Shown here in pieces: positions 8,187 to 17,702 of a stretch of DNA of 64,000 bases. Source of the DNA: Schmidtea polychroa (taxonomy: Eukaryota); assembly GCA_044892525.1 (NCBI GenBank), contig CM097885.1, positions 138,384,001 to 138,448,000 on the forward strand, in the 5' to 3' direction. A model generated the notes under the pieces. It saw only the letters and a program-made list of their open reading frames with translations. It searched no databases and was not told where the DNA came from. The translations under genes and the position numbers were made by a program. Position 1 is the first letter of the stretch; the number at the start of each line of letters is the position of its first letter.

Positions 8187-10484
8187 TTGGTGGTTGTAGC
8201 TAAAAGAGACGGCTCAGTTAGATTATGTAATGACTATAGGAAATTAAATGAACAGACAGTAAGTGACAATCACCCGCTAACTTTGTTAGATTACATTTAT
8301 GATAAAATGAAAAATTCAAAGTTGTTTACTGTGATGGATGCACAGAAAGGTTTTTATCAAATAAAGATGAGCGAAGACTCAATTCCTATGACAGGATTTT
8401 CTACAAGTAGTGATCATTTCGAATACTTAGTAATGCCGTTTGGATTAAAAGGAGCCCCTCCAACTTTTCAGAGGGCAATGAATATCATGTTGATGGATGC
8501 ACATCACGCAATGGTATATATAGACGATATTATCATCTTCTCGGAAGATTTAGATAAACATTTGGAACATCTTGAAGACATTTTCAAACGATTAATCATG
8601 GCAAACTTAAAAGTTAAACCAAGCAAATGTAAATGGGCAGAATCGGAAGTGATTTACGTGGGGCATGTAATATCACACGATTGCGTAAGACCAGATCCGG
8701 CTAACACGGATAAAGTAAAGAATTTCCCACAACCAGTGAATGTGAAACAAATCAAAGGATTTTTAGGGTTGACGGGATACTATCGGAAATTTATACGAAA
8801 TTTTTCAGCAATTGCTTTTCCTCTAACTACATTAGAAAAGAAAGGTATAAAATTTTTATGGGGAGAAGACCAGCAACAGGCATTTGATAAGTTAAAAGAT
8901 GCACTATGCAAACCACCAATTCTACGATTTCCAGATTTTAAAAGACAATTCATGGTGATGACCGATGCATGCACAAGAGGCATAGGTGCAGTTTTGGGAC
9001 AGAAAGACGAAATTGGCGATGAATACGCAGTAGCATATGCAAGTCGTGGATTGAAGCCACACGAAAAAAGTTATGCTGTAATAGAATTGGAAGCATTAGC
9101 ATTAGTATTTGCAGTGGAAAAATTTAGTCATTATCTATGGGGCAGAAAGGTAATTTTCTATACGGATCATAGACCACTACAATGGTTATTGAAACACAGA
9201 GATGAAGCGTCAAAATTAGTAAGATGGGCATTGAGATTGCAGCCCTATAATATTGAAATAGTATACCGAAAAGGTAAAGCCAATGGTAACGCTGATGCAT
9301 TATCAAGAATGGAACAGGAACCGGAAGCGGAAGATATAAAAGAAGGAAGATTAGAAGGAACTATATTTATGTTGACAAGGGAAGCAAACACCTTGATCGA
9401 CTTGGTAGAGGCACAGAAAAGTGATGACGAAATTAATATGATCAGACAAGCTATAGAAGCCAAAGCCATACCAAGCGAGTTTCAGAAATATTGGGAGAAA
9501 CATAAAGATAAATTCATATTAGACGAAGGTTTGATCAAATATGTAGAGGCAAAAGATAACGTTATATTAGTGCCAAAGAAATATAGAGAACCCTTATTGT
9601 TACAATACCATGATGGAGCACTGGGAGGGCATCTCTCAGCAAGACATACATTGTCTAGATTAAAAATGAAGTATTTTTGGCCAGATATGAAAGATGATGT
9701 CAAGAAATGGTGCCAAACATGCAAGATATGTGTAACCAGGAGGAACACAGGCAGGAAACCTCATGTTCCGTTAAAACCAATGCCAGTACCGTCCTCGCCA
9801 ATGGAGATGACCGCTATGGACGTACTAAGGCCATTTAAAGAATCAAATATGGGAAATAAATTCATAATTGTGTTCTGTGACTACTTAACCAAGTGGCCAG
9901 AAGCATTTCCAATACCGAATCATAAGGCAGATACAATCGCCAGAATTTTTGTCGAGCAAATTGTATTCAGATATGGTGTTCCAACAAAATTACTAACTGA
10001 CAGAGGAAAAGATTTCATGAGTAATTTATTAAAAAGTGTCAATGATTATTTCGGCATATTAAAACTGAACACTTCACCCTATCACCCTCAAACCGATGGT
10101 TTAGTGGAAAGGTTCAATGGAACCTTGGCTAACATGTTATCATCATATGTGAACTCAGGGCAGACGGATTGGGATGTACATATACCGTCCTGTTTGTTCG
10201 CATACAGAAATGCAGTTCACTCAGTCACAGGAGAAACACCATTTTACCTGATGTATTTAAGGCATAGCAAGATGCCAGTAGATCTTTTATTTTATCCTAA
10301 AGCTTCACAAAATTGTGATGAAGGAAATTACCTATTTGAGATGAGAGAAAGGATGCAAGAAGCCTGGGAGAAGGCAGGTTTAAACATTCGTTACAAGCAA
10401 GAGACAATGAAGGAGTATCATGATCGTAAAGCGAAAGATCATGGGTTCTTAGTAGGCGACTATGTAATGCTAGAAGGACATTAA
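8187..10484 (+). CDS. pol: Pol: reverse transcriptase, RNase H, integrase (in frame with the upstream ORF; flanked by premature stops)
   Basis: RLCNDYRKLN, MPFGLKGAP, YIDD; RNase H TDAC/ELE/TDH/DALSR; HHCC zinc finger; DDE core (AMD, LTDRG, VERFN). Same frame as 1281. Confidence 0.96.
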   Translation: MVVVAKRDGSVRLCNDYRKLNEQTVSDNHPLTLLDYIYDKMKNSKLFTVMDAQKGFYQIKMSEDSIPMTGFSTSSDHFEYLVMPFGLKGAPPTFQRAMNIMLMDAHHAMVYIDDIIIFSEDLDKHLEHLEDIFKRLIMANLKVKPSKCKWAESEVIYVGHVISHDCVRPDPANTDKVKNFPQPVNVKQIKGFLGLTGYYRKFIRNFSAIAFPLTTLEKKGIKFLWGEDQQQAFDKLKDALCKPPILRFPDFKRQFMVMTDACTRGIGAVLGQKDEIGDEYAVAYASRGLKPHEKSYAVIELEALALVFAVEKFSHYLWGRKVIFYTDHRPLQWLLKHRDEASKLVRWALRLQPYNIEIVYRKGKANGNADALSRMEQEPEAEDIKEGRLEGTIFMLTREANTLIDLVEAQKSDDEINMIRQAIEAKAIPSEFQKYWEKHKDKFILDEGLIKYVEAKDNVILVPKKYREPLLLQYHDGALGGHLSARHTLSRLKMKYFWPDMKDDVKKWCQTCKICVTRRNTGRKPHVPLKPMPVPSSPMEMTAMDVLRPFKESNMGNKFIIVFCDYLTKWPEAFPIPNHKADTIARIFVEQIVFRYGVPTKLLTDRGKDFMSNLLKSVNDYFGILKLNTSPYHPQTDGLVERFNGTLANMLSSYVNSGQTDWDVHIPSCLFAYRNAVHSVTGETPFYLMYLRHSKMPVDLLFYPKASQNCDEGNYLFEMRERMQEAWEKAGLNIRYKQETMKEYHDRKAKDHGFLVGDYVMLEGH

Positions 10485-10496
10485 AACAAAAAGGGA

Positions 10497-11759
10497 TTGT
10501 CTCCGAAGTTGATGAGAAATTATAAAGGCCCATATCAAATAATGAAGGTCACGGAAACAAACTTGATTTTACAGTTAGTGTCAAACAAGAAAGCGGAACC
10601 CATTATGGTTCACGTAAACAGATGTAAAAAGATAGCTCCACCAGAAAAGGAGAAGCCAAAATCAGAAATAGAAGAATTCGAAATTAATAAGAAATCGAAA
10701 AAGAAAACGTTGGAATCATACAAAAGTATCCTAAAGGGACAACCAGAGAGGTATCCTTTAAGATCCCGACAGATTCCGAAAACTGTAACATTTTTGTCAA
10801 TAATCAGTTGTGTTATGATGATAGGACAAGCATTTGAATTGTTTGATCCAGAAGCTAGTCATCACCCGGATATAGAATACCGGAGAACGGATAGATCATT
10901 CAGATTTTATTTGACAAATCCGCAATGGCACAGATATGATTTATATCTGACAACTCCAGAAAGAGGAGTATCTTTCCATCTAAATCTATGGGATCGAGTG
11001 AAGATAATAGATGGATTATTACCAAATACCAGTTATCTCCTAGAAATTAAGACATATATGTCAGATCCAAACGTGTTCGCAAATGGAGGAGATTGCGATG
11101 ACAAAGCAGAATGGATCGTGAGAACAGCGGTATTTAAGGAAAAAGTGGAAATTACGTATCAGAACCAGACAGTTAAATTCCATCATTTATATTGGAGGAA
11201 AAGTAACACATTTTCTGAACATGATTGGAGAATAAATAATCGAATAGCGCTCCTATACATATTAGAAAATAATAAAACAGTAAAGCAGTTAGTACTCAAC
11301 CAAGCTTATCAACGGAGGAGCTGGACAGTTAAACAAAATATCGAAACGATAGCCAATATAACGTATATGGAATTCACAGAGGAAACAGGCTGGTATACGG
11401 TGTATCATGAGATGATAAAATTAACACCTCCAGCAATAAAGGAAGTAGCTAACCGACGATGGGAGGCTAGATTAGTAAATATCCCGGGTTGTAGAGGAAT
11501 AAATACAATGGATTGGACGAATTTTCAAAGGGTAGCGAGTGAAAAACGTTCACGTGAAAATAAAATAATTAAAAATTGTTCATGTCAGACTGAACTTAAG
11601 GGAAATTCAGGAGATAAAATGCCAAATTGGCTAATCATAACTATTGTAGGGGGAGTAATAATTATGATATTGAGTTTAATAATAGCTACCTTGTGGATGT
11701 TTAAATTAATAATGAGGGACATAAGGTATTGGGAAAATATTTACGAGACCGAGGTTTAG
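10497..11759 (+). CDS. Integrase GPY/F tail plus signal peptide and FN3-like type I membrane glycoprotein
   Basis: LSPKL...YKGPYQI (GPY/F). Signal-like TVTFLSIISCVMMIGQA (10782-10832). FN3 signature IIDGLLPNTSYLLEIKT (11004-11054). Five N-glycan sequons. TM WLIITIVGGVIIMILSLIIATLWMF (11628-11702). Same frame as 1281. Confidence 0.75.
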   Translation: MSPKLMRNYKGPYQIMKVTETNLILQLVSNKKAEPIMVHVNRCKKIAPPEKEKPKSEIEEFEINKKSKKKTLESYKSILKGQPERYPLRSRQIPKTVTFLSIISCVMMIGQAFELFDPEASHHPDIEYRRTDRSFRFYLTNPQWHRYDLYLTTPERGVSFHLNLWDRVKIIDGLLPNTSYLLEIKTYMSDPNVFANGGDCDDKAEWIVRTAVFKEKVEITYQNQTVKFHHLYWRKSNTFSEHDWRINNRIALLYILENNKTVKQLVLNQAYQRRSWTVKQNIETIANITYMEFTEETGWYTVYHEMIKLTPPAIKEVANRRWEARLVNIPGCRGINTMDWTNFQRVASEKRSRENKIIKNCSCQTELKGNSGDKMPNWLIITIVGGVIIMILSLIIATLWMFKLIMRDIRYWENIYETEV

Positions 11760-11946
11760 GGGGAAAAAGTCTCACCAACAAACTAGGCAATGTAAATATA
11801 TAGTTATCTATTTAATAAACCTTATTTATAGTAATGTATTAAAAGTGTGAGCTCAACTGAGCAAAGGTAAAATCAGACATCAGCGTATGTCGACCTTGTG
11901 TACCCTGGGAGGGTCTATCACGAAAGTGATAAAAGCTATTAATTAA

Positions 11947-11958
11947 TTTTATTTTCAG
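11947..11958 (+). promoter_or_regulatory. Putative splice acceptor immediately before the ORF3 ATG
   Basis: TTTTATTTTCAG|CA ATG: polypyrimidine tract plus CAG, 2 nt before the start codon. Confidence 0.6.
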
Positions 11959-11960
11959 CA

Positions 11961-13979
11961 ATGGATCAGAACAGAATGACAAAAGCCCCAATCAAAGCAA
12001 ACAGACGACTTCAAATGGCAAAATACAATTCCCTATGTCCAACAGATATGGAGGTATACAGTACCTTCAAGGAGGAATACGTATACCGGTTCATAGGAAC
12101 CACGGTAGAAACGAAGATGAATCATTTCACTTCGAATAATTGGTATTATCCTAGGAGAGTGGATATCCCAAACGATTATAAATTCCCAGGTGGACCTCAC
12201 AGACAAATGATGATAACGGTTGTAAGCAACCAAGGGAGAATAAAGTTAGGAGATTTATGCAGAGAATATGGATCATGCCCAAGGAGAGAGAACATTTGGA
12301 TTCACGCTATAAATAGGCCAATCACGGTGTTCATGGCAGGTATGGACCTACCCGTGGAATTGGATAAATATAGTACGTTGGAAATATACCATTCAGATGG
12401 ACGTGAAAAGAACATTCAAGTTCAAGCAGCAGCAATAAATTCAATAATAGCGGTGGAAATATTGGAGTTTAGGAAACAACACCCTATTGTGAGTCGAAAT
12501 GAGCCGACATGGATTTATAATGTCAACGAAGCCGACATACAACAGTGCAAGTCGTTCGTAAGAAAATACCTAACAAAAATCGAGGAGGATGAGGCCACAG
12601 TTTTTGTATCAGCAAGATTTGCAAAATCCAGGATGGAGTTAAAAGAAACACTAATCCAAATTGCGATAGTGGATATGAGAGGCAACAATTTATTGAGTGC
12701 GGTAGTGACTCCCAAGGACCCAGTTAAACACTACCAGACGCACCAATATAAACTGAAGGAACCAGAAATCAGAGGAAATTTGGATAAAGACGATTGCCAC
12801 CACCTTATTAGGAAAATTTGTGACAAGAAAATTATAGTTGGAATTTTAATAAAAGATTTAGTTTCGGTAGCCAATCTACCAGTGCAACGATTGTTAGGAA
12901 TCAGAGACTTATCAGCAAATAAGTTGTTAGAATCCAGAGGAGTCCCCAAGATACATGGTCATTATAAATTGGGATTCCTAACAAAGACGTTTTTGCGTAC
13001 GGTTCCCGGAGAACCAAGGAATTTAGTTGTAACAAACGAGGCACTTGCGATCCGAGCGGTTTACCTACAAATCCGAAATGAATGGGTAGATCATATCAGC
13101 ATGCCTCAGGAAGATTACATGTCAGCAACCCGGGCGGAAGCGGTTGACTTAGAAATATTGCAGAAACGAAGACTACCCGAACAACCTTCTACATCAGAAC
13201 AGCCCCAGGCAAAGAAAAGGGGTAGGTCACCAGCAGATTTACCACCACCTCCAACAGTGTCGATAGGAGAAGAAGAATATGAAACATGCGTAAGTGAAGC
13301 TGAATTAACAAGTCCACTCAAACCATCTACTAGTGTCGCAAAGAAATCACAGAAAAAGTCAGAAGTTAAAAGTGCAAAGGAAACCCCAGAGGTAGGCACA
13401 GTCAAAAAGATATTAAAAAAAATAATACCTGGCAAATGCGATAAATCGAAATTGAAATTGAAAAAGGTTGCCAAACAACCAGGGGAGAAGATAGAAATAC
13501 CATCCAGCAAGGATGAAGTAAACAAAGCAGAGCCCAGGAAATTATTTACGGAACCCGATGATGACTTAATGGAAATTGAATTCCAACCTCCAACCAAGGA
13601 ATTGCAAGAGAAAATTAAAATCAAATCAGAACCCGAAGTACGAAAGAAAATGTTAAAGCTAACAAAAGAAAATGTCATAAAGAAGCCAGTATCAGTAGAC
13701 GTAGATGGATTTGATCCTATGTGGTATAAACGTCCTGACAGGAATTGGAAGCCTAGAGCCAAAGAATATAATGGCCAACCCATCACGAGGATGGCGATAA
13801 ATAACAATCAACAATATGATGAGTTTGACGTAGATGGGATACCTTATGTGATATCTACAGTCATACTAACATGCGCCCTGGATGATAAAGCCCTGGCTGT
13901 GAGTTTCGAGCCAGAGGTATTGAAGGAGGTACATCTATACAAAGTTCCTGAACCAGATCCCGACGATCTGGATGTCTGA
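11961..13979 (+). CDS. Element ORF3 (672 aa): unknown N-domain, ISG20/REXO4-like DEDDh exonuclease fold (apparently inactive), Lys/Glu/Pro-rich tail
   Basis: 12597-13064: IQIAIVDMRGNNLLSAVVTPKDPVKHYQT, KIIVG...KDL, IRDLS, YKLGFL, EALAIRAVY track the REXO4/ISG20 pattern, but ExoI DxE reads SAR. NLS-like AKKRGRSP. Confidence 0.75.
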   Translation: MDQNRMTKAPIKANRRLQMAKYNSLCPTDMEVYSTFKEEYVYRFIGTTVETKMNHFTSNNWYYPRRVDIPNDYKFPGGPHRQMMITVVSNQGRIKLGDLCREYGSCPRRENIWIHAINRPITVFMAGMDLPVELDKYSTLEIYHSDGREKNIQVQAAAINSIIAVEILEFRKQHPIVSRNEPTWIYNVNEADIQQCKSFVRKYLTKIEEDEATVFVSARFAKSRMELKETLIQIAIVDMRGNNLLSAVVTPKDPVKHYQTHQYKLKEPEIRGNLDKDDCHHLIRKICDKKIIVGILIKDLVSVANLPVQRLLGIRDLSANKLLESRGVPKIHGHYKLGFLTKTFLRTVPGEPRNLVVTNEALAIRAVYLQIRNEWVDHISMPQEDYMSATRAEAVDLEILQKRRLPEQPSTSEQPQAKKRGRSPADLPPPPTVSIGEEEYETCVSEAELTSPLKPSTSVAKKSQKKSEVKSAKETPEVGTVKKILKKIIPGKCDKSKLKLKKVAKQPGEKIEIPSSKDEVNKAEPRKLFTEPDDDLMEIEFQPPTKELQEKIKIKSEPEVRKKMLKLTKENVIKKPVSVDVDGFDPMWYKRPDRNWKPRAKEYNGQPITRMAINNNQQYDEFDVDGIPYVISTVILTCALDDKALAVSFEPEVLKEVHLYKVPEPDPDDLDV

Positions 13980-14199
13980 CCGAAGGAAATTGCCAGAAGC
14001 CGTTCAATTGAGTGTAAATACGAACTTATCTATATGTGTTTTATGGGACATGGACATTACTTTGTGATTCTGTCATTTATTATTTTGGGAATATGTGTTT
14101 ATATTTTGTTTTATGATTTATGGTAATTTTTATGTAATACTGTTGTCTGCAGTTCTCGAAAAATAATTTTATATCTTGTTTTCGGGACGAAAATCTTTT

Positions 14200-14210
14200 A
14201 GGGGGTAAGA
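14200..14210 (+). promoter_or_regulatory. Polypurine tract
   Basis: AGGGGGTAAGA, 2 nt upstream of the 3' LTR. Confidence 0.75.
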
Positions 14211-14212
14211 CT

Positions 14213-15218
14213 TGTTAGGGATAGGCCCCTGGCCTTAAATTATTTTAGAATCAGTTTTTTTTATTTTTATTAAAAGGGATTAACTTTGTTTGGACACGCG
14301 AGAAATAATAGTTGTAGCAGCTTGCAGAAAAGGAGTGATTAGCAACAGTCAAAGAGAATTATAATTACCTGAGATAGATTAAGCGAAACAATCAGCGTGG
14401 AATTATATTTTAGTTATTCAAGAGGAAATAAAAATCTGTTGTTTGAAAACAGCTGGTGTAGATTGACATTGAAATCCCGAATTGGAGAAATTCTAGAAGT
14501 AGTTTCAAGTAACCAGGAAAACCAATATTGAAGCACAGCTGTTGTTTGAAGAGGAAATTTAGATATAAATTGTCGAGCGGATTTCACAGACAAGAAAAAA
14601 AGAGAAAGAAGGAAGGAGAAAATATTAGAAGCGAATTAATATTGGAAAAAGCCTTGAGAAGTGAAATTGCCGGAGCAGAAGAAATTAGACAGATTTGAAA
14701 AATCTAGAGAAGAATTTTTAGGAACCGAGAATATTTAAAAGTAAAGTTTAATTTAATTTAATTTAATTAAATATAAGGGTGGGCGAGGATAAATTAGTAT
14801 CCTGTGAAATAGTTATAAATAAAGCGAACACAAAGTATTGTTCTTTTACTTTAGTGTTCCCTGGGAGCCCCAAAATCATTCCCTCTTGCTTGCCCAACTC
14901 TTTTAGTCATATTGCGATTGTTGTGCTACATAGGAGCCAACAATTTCTTGCAGACTGTTGACAAAAGTAGGGATCAAAGAATCCGTTTTCTTGTACTCTT
15001 TGTACATATATTATAAAGTTCATTTGTAAATTATAAAATACATTTTTATAAAAAGAGAAAGGAGTTTTGTTTTTTCTTATTCAGTGATTTAAACTTAGAC
15101 GCGCAACCACATTAAATATAACTTATTTATATTTATTTTTTATTTATTTATTTATCTTAATTGAATTATTGGAGTCATTTGTGTTAAGATCTGTAGTCCC
15201 CGTTTTTCGATCTTAACA
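14213..15218 (+). repeat. 3' LTR (1,006 bp)
   Basis: Near-identical to 137-1142; followed by TSD AATT. Confidence 0.97.
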
Positions 15219-15843
15219 AATTGTTTTAATTTTTAAAGATTTTTATAGCATTCAATATAGAATTAAATTATAAGACTTTCTCATTACACAATTTTCATCA
15301 AATCAATATTTGTTATTAAATGTTATAATAATCTTATATAATATTTATTTTCATTTTAGATGTTCTAGATCCAACCGAATTTATCTCAAAATCCAGAAGA
15401 CAGAAAGCCACAGAAAGGCATAGTTTCATAAAATCAATATTTTTGGTTAAGAGGTCTGTTGAAATTAATACAAACTTTAGACAAAAAAACGCTTTTTATG
15501 TAATGCTAAAATTAAGCTTGATTGATCGTGATTTGATGACATTCGAATAATTTCTCCGAAATTTTTTGCAAAAGCTTTCACTAAAAAATTTCGCGATTTA
15601 AAACATATATTGAGATGATGTGCAATTTACTCCTCAGATTTCTTTATAATGTCATTTTTATCGATTTCCAAAAATTATTTTGTACGATAACTGTAAATAA
15701 TACCTATTGTATGTTGAATTTGTATGTCTGATTATTATGTAATGTATGTTTGTTAAAGCGAAATGGAAAATAATTAGTGAAAAGTGAAAATTAAAACGAA
15801 AATTTTGTAATTGCAACACTTTAAATTTTAGACGAATGAAACC

Positions 15844-16932
15844 TTATATGTCAGCTGACTCGTCAAATTGCAAAGCAAACCAATCACATATTTCAAAGTA
15901 ATTTTTTAGTTGAGTTTGCATGTCTGTTGAAATTGCATGTATTCTTCTTATAACCGTATTGCCTGACAACTGTAAATCTTGTATTGCTGACATAATTGCA
16001 GGCTTGTTGAAAAGTCCCTCAAATAAGCACTCAGCGCCAGCAAGAAATGCTTCTTTTATCAGCTCACCGTATTGGTATGGTTTTTTCTTCTTTGCGAGCA
16101 TGTGGGAAATTTTAAAAGAAGCAATGGTGGCATTTTTAGATTTTACCAAATGTCGAGTGAAAATCGATTACTGGCCAGATAAATTTAATTTAAGGTCTCT
16201 AATTTTGTTCTTTCTAAATTCTGATTTAACTGGATAATTAGTATCAAAAGTGCTATGGTAAGAATAGAAGTGTCGTTCAACATTATGTTTTTTTACCACT
16301 GCGACTGTACTACCGCACAATAAACAAACACATTTATCTTTAATACTGACAAAACAATAGGATTCATGCCAATCTGTGCTAAAATTATACGTTCGTTGTC
16401 TTTTACTTGAACTCATTTTAGAATTAAAATTTTTTTTCACTTTTGACTTTATAACCTTTCAACTGAATGATCAGAGAAATAATAAATTACAAGTTGATAC
16501 CTAAATTTAATCTAATTTAAAAACAATAAACAATTATTGGTCTTGCAAGTGTACAGCAAAATAACAAATTTAAAATCAAAAAAGAGGCGAGTACCATTAT
16601 GAAAACAAAAGATTAATAATAAATATATAAACACAAATTACAAATAAACCACATTTTTGGATGAAAGAGTTTACCATAAAATTAATTTAATGGTTTTTAA
16701 GGATAGAGAATTTTTTAACCATATTTTTATAAACAACGAGGAAAGAAAAATTATAAAAATATGCTTATTATTATCTTAAAATTTCGAAATCTGTCGATTT
16801 TAATTTTTTTTTAATTAAAAAATTCTCTCGAATTTCAAAATACTTTTGCTTTATTTACTTTTTTTCTGGTAGCACACATAAAACTGCTGCCTGGCGCCAT
16901 GGCGCCCGCGGACACAGGGTTGGCGACCACTG
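15844..16932 (-). mobile_element. 5' fragment of a hAT (Buster/SPIN, GTF2IRD2-like) DNA transposon; transposase pseudogene
   Basis: BED-like CLLC...HF...H, then KPY..GELIKE...FALQFDES, with an in-frame TAA at 16170-16168. Terminus CAGTGGTCGCCAAC at 16932, flanked by CTCTATAG (nnnTAnnn). Other end not found. Confidence 0.85.
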
Positions 16933-17624
16933 CTCTATAGTAATAGTTTACTATAGAGAATTACTCTATATAGTTTTATTATTTTTTAACCCAATATAAA
17001 CGACAACAACAAAGGTCACAATTGCAAATTTTAATTGCGAATAAAAATTAACACCACGCTGTATCTTAAAAGATAATTCAGGATAATTTTCGGGAATAAT
17101 AAGTGATAATTGTCCAAAACAATTATTTATTTAGAAATTTTAAATTAATTAACGAGAATATTGTTTATACAATTATTCATCGAAATTGAAATTTTATTTT
17201 AGGCCAAGAATTACCATTACCAAAAAAATCAATAAAGGCTGATTTCATAAACTCAGAAAATAATTAAATCACGATGATCAATGAGAATCTATATATAAAA
17301 ACGATTGATTTTGTTAACATTTGCCATGCTTGATTGAAAATAAGTCGCAAAAACAGAATTAATTGTTGGGTATTGATCAATAAAACAATGAACACGCGAG
17401 ATTTTAAATATTTTCTTACATAAATATTAATTTAACAGAATAAAATACTTATATTGTTTTTATTATTATAACAGTATATTCCAGTCAAATGAAATTAAAT
17501 TAGAAGGGTTTAAATGTTTTCTTTGTAAATAACACGATTACGAATCTTTAGAATATTCCAGATTTTCGTGGTAAAAAAGGTTTAATATTAATCCTAATCA
17601 TTTGGATAATTACACAAGAGATAA

Positions 17625-17702
<78 letters not shown>
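17625..17702. repeat. (AAT)26 microsatellite
   Basis: Perfect 78-bp trinucleotide run. Confidence 0.98.

Larger units (their letters stand above)
137..15218 (+). mobile_element. Full-length 15.08-kb Ty3/Gypsy (Metaviridae) LTR retroelement with envelope and accessory genes
   Basis: Direct repeats 137-1142 and 14213-15218 with TG...CA ends. TSD AATT at 133-136 and 15219-15222. PBS and PPT present. PR-RT-RH-IN domain order is Gypsy-type. Confidence 0.97.

Noticed and set aside
8175-10484. Variant genetic code (TAG=Trp or TAA=sense) explaining the in-frame stops
   Set aside because: The host genes PAN3 and ARP2 end in TAA and have no internal TAA/TAG, and element ORFs end in TAG or TGA. Point mutation is simpler.
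13115-13807. 230-aa antisense ORF (and other antisense ORFs across the element)
   Set aside because: These are shadows of Lys/Glu-rich sense coding in AT-rich DNA, with no independent motifs.
15350-15430. Possible terminal exon of a plus-strand host gene interrupted by the big element
   Set aside because: An acceptor-like TTTTAG is present, but the peptide is short and unrecognisable, and no upstream exon was seen in 1-136.
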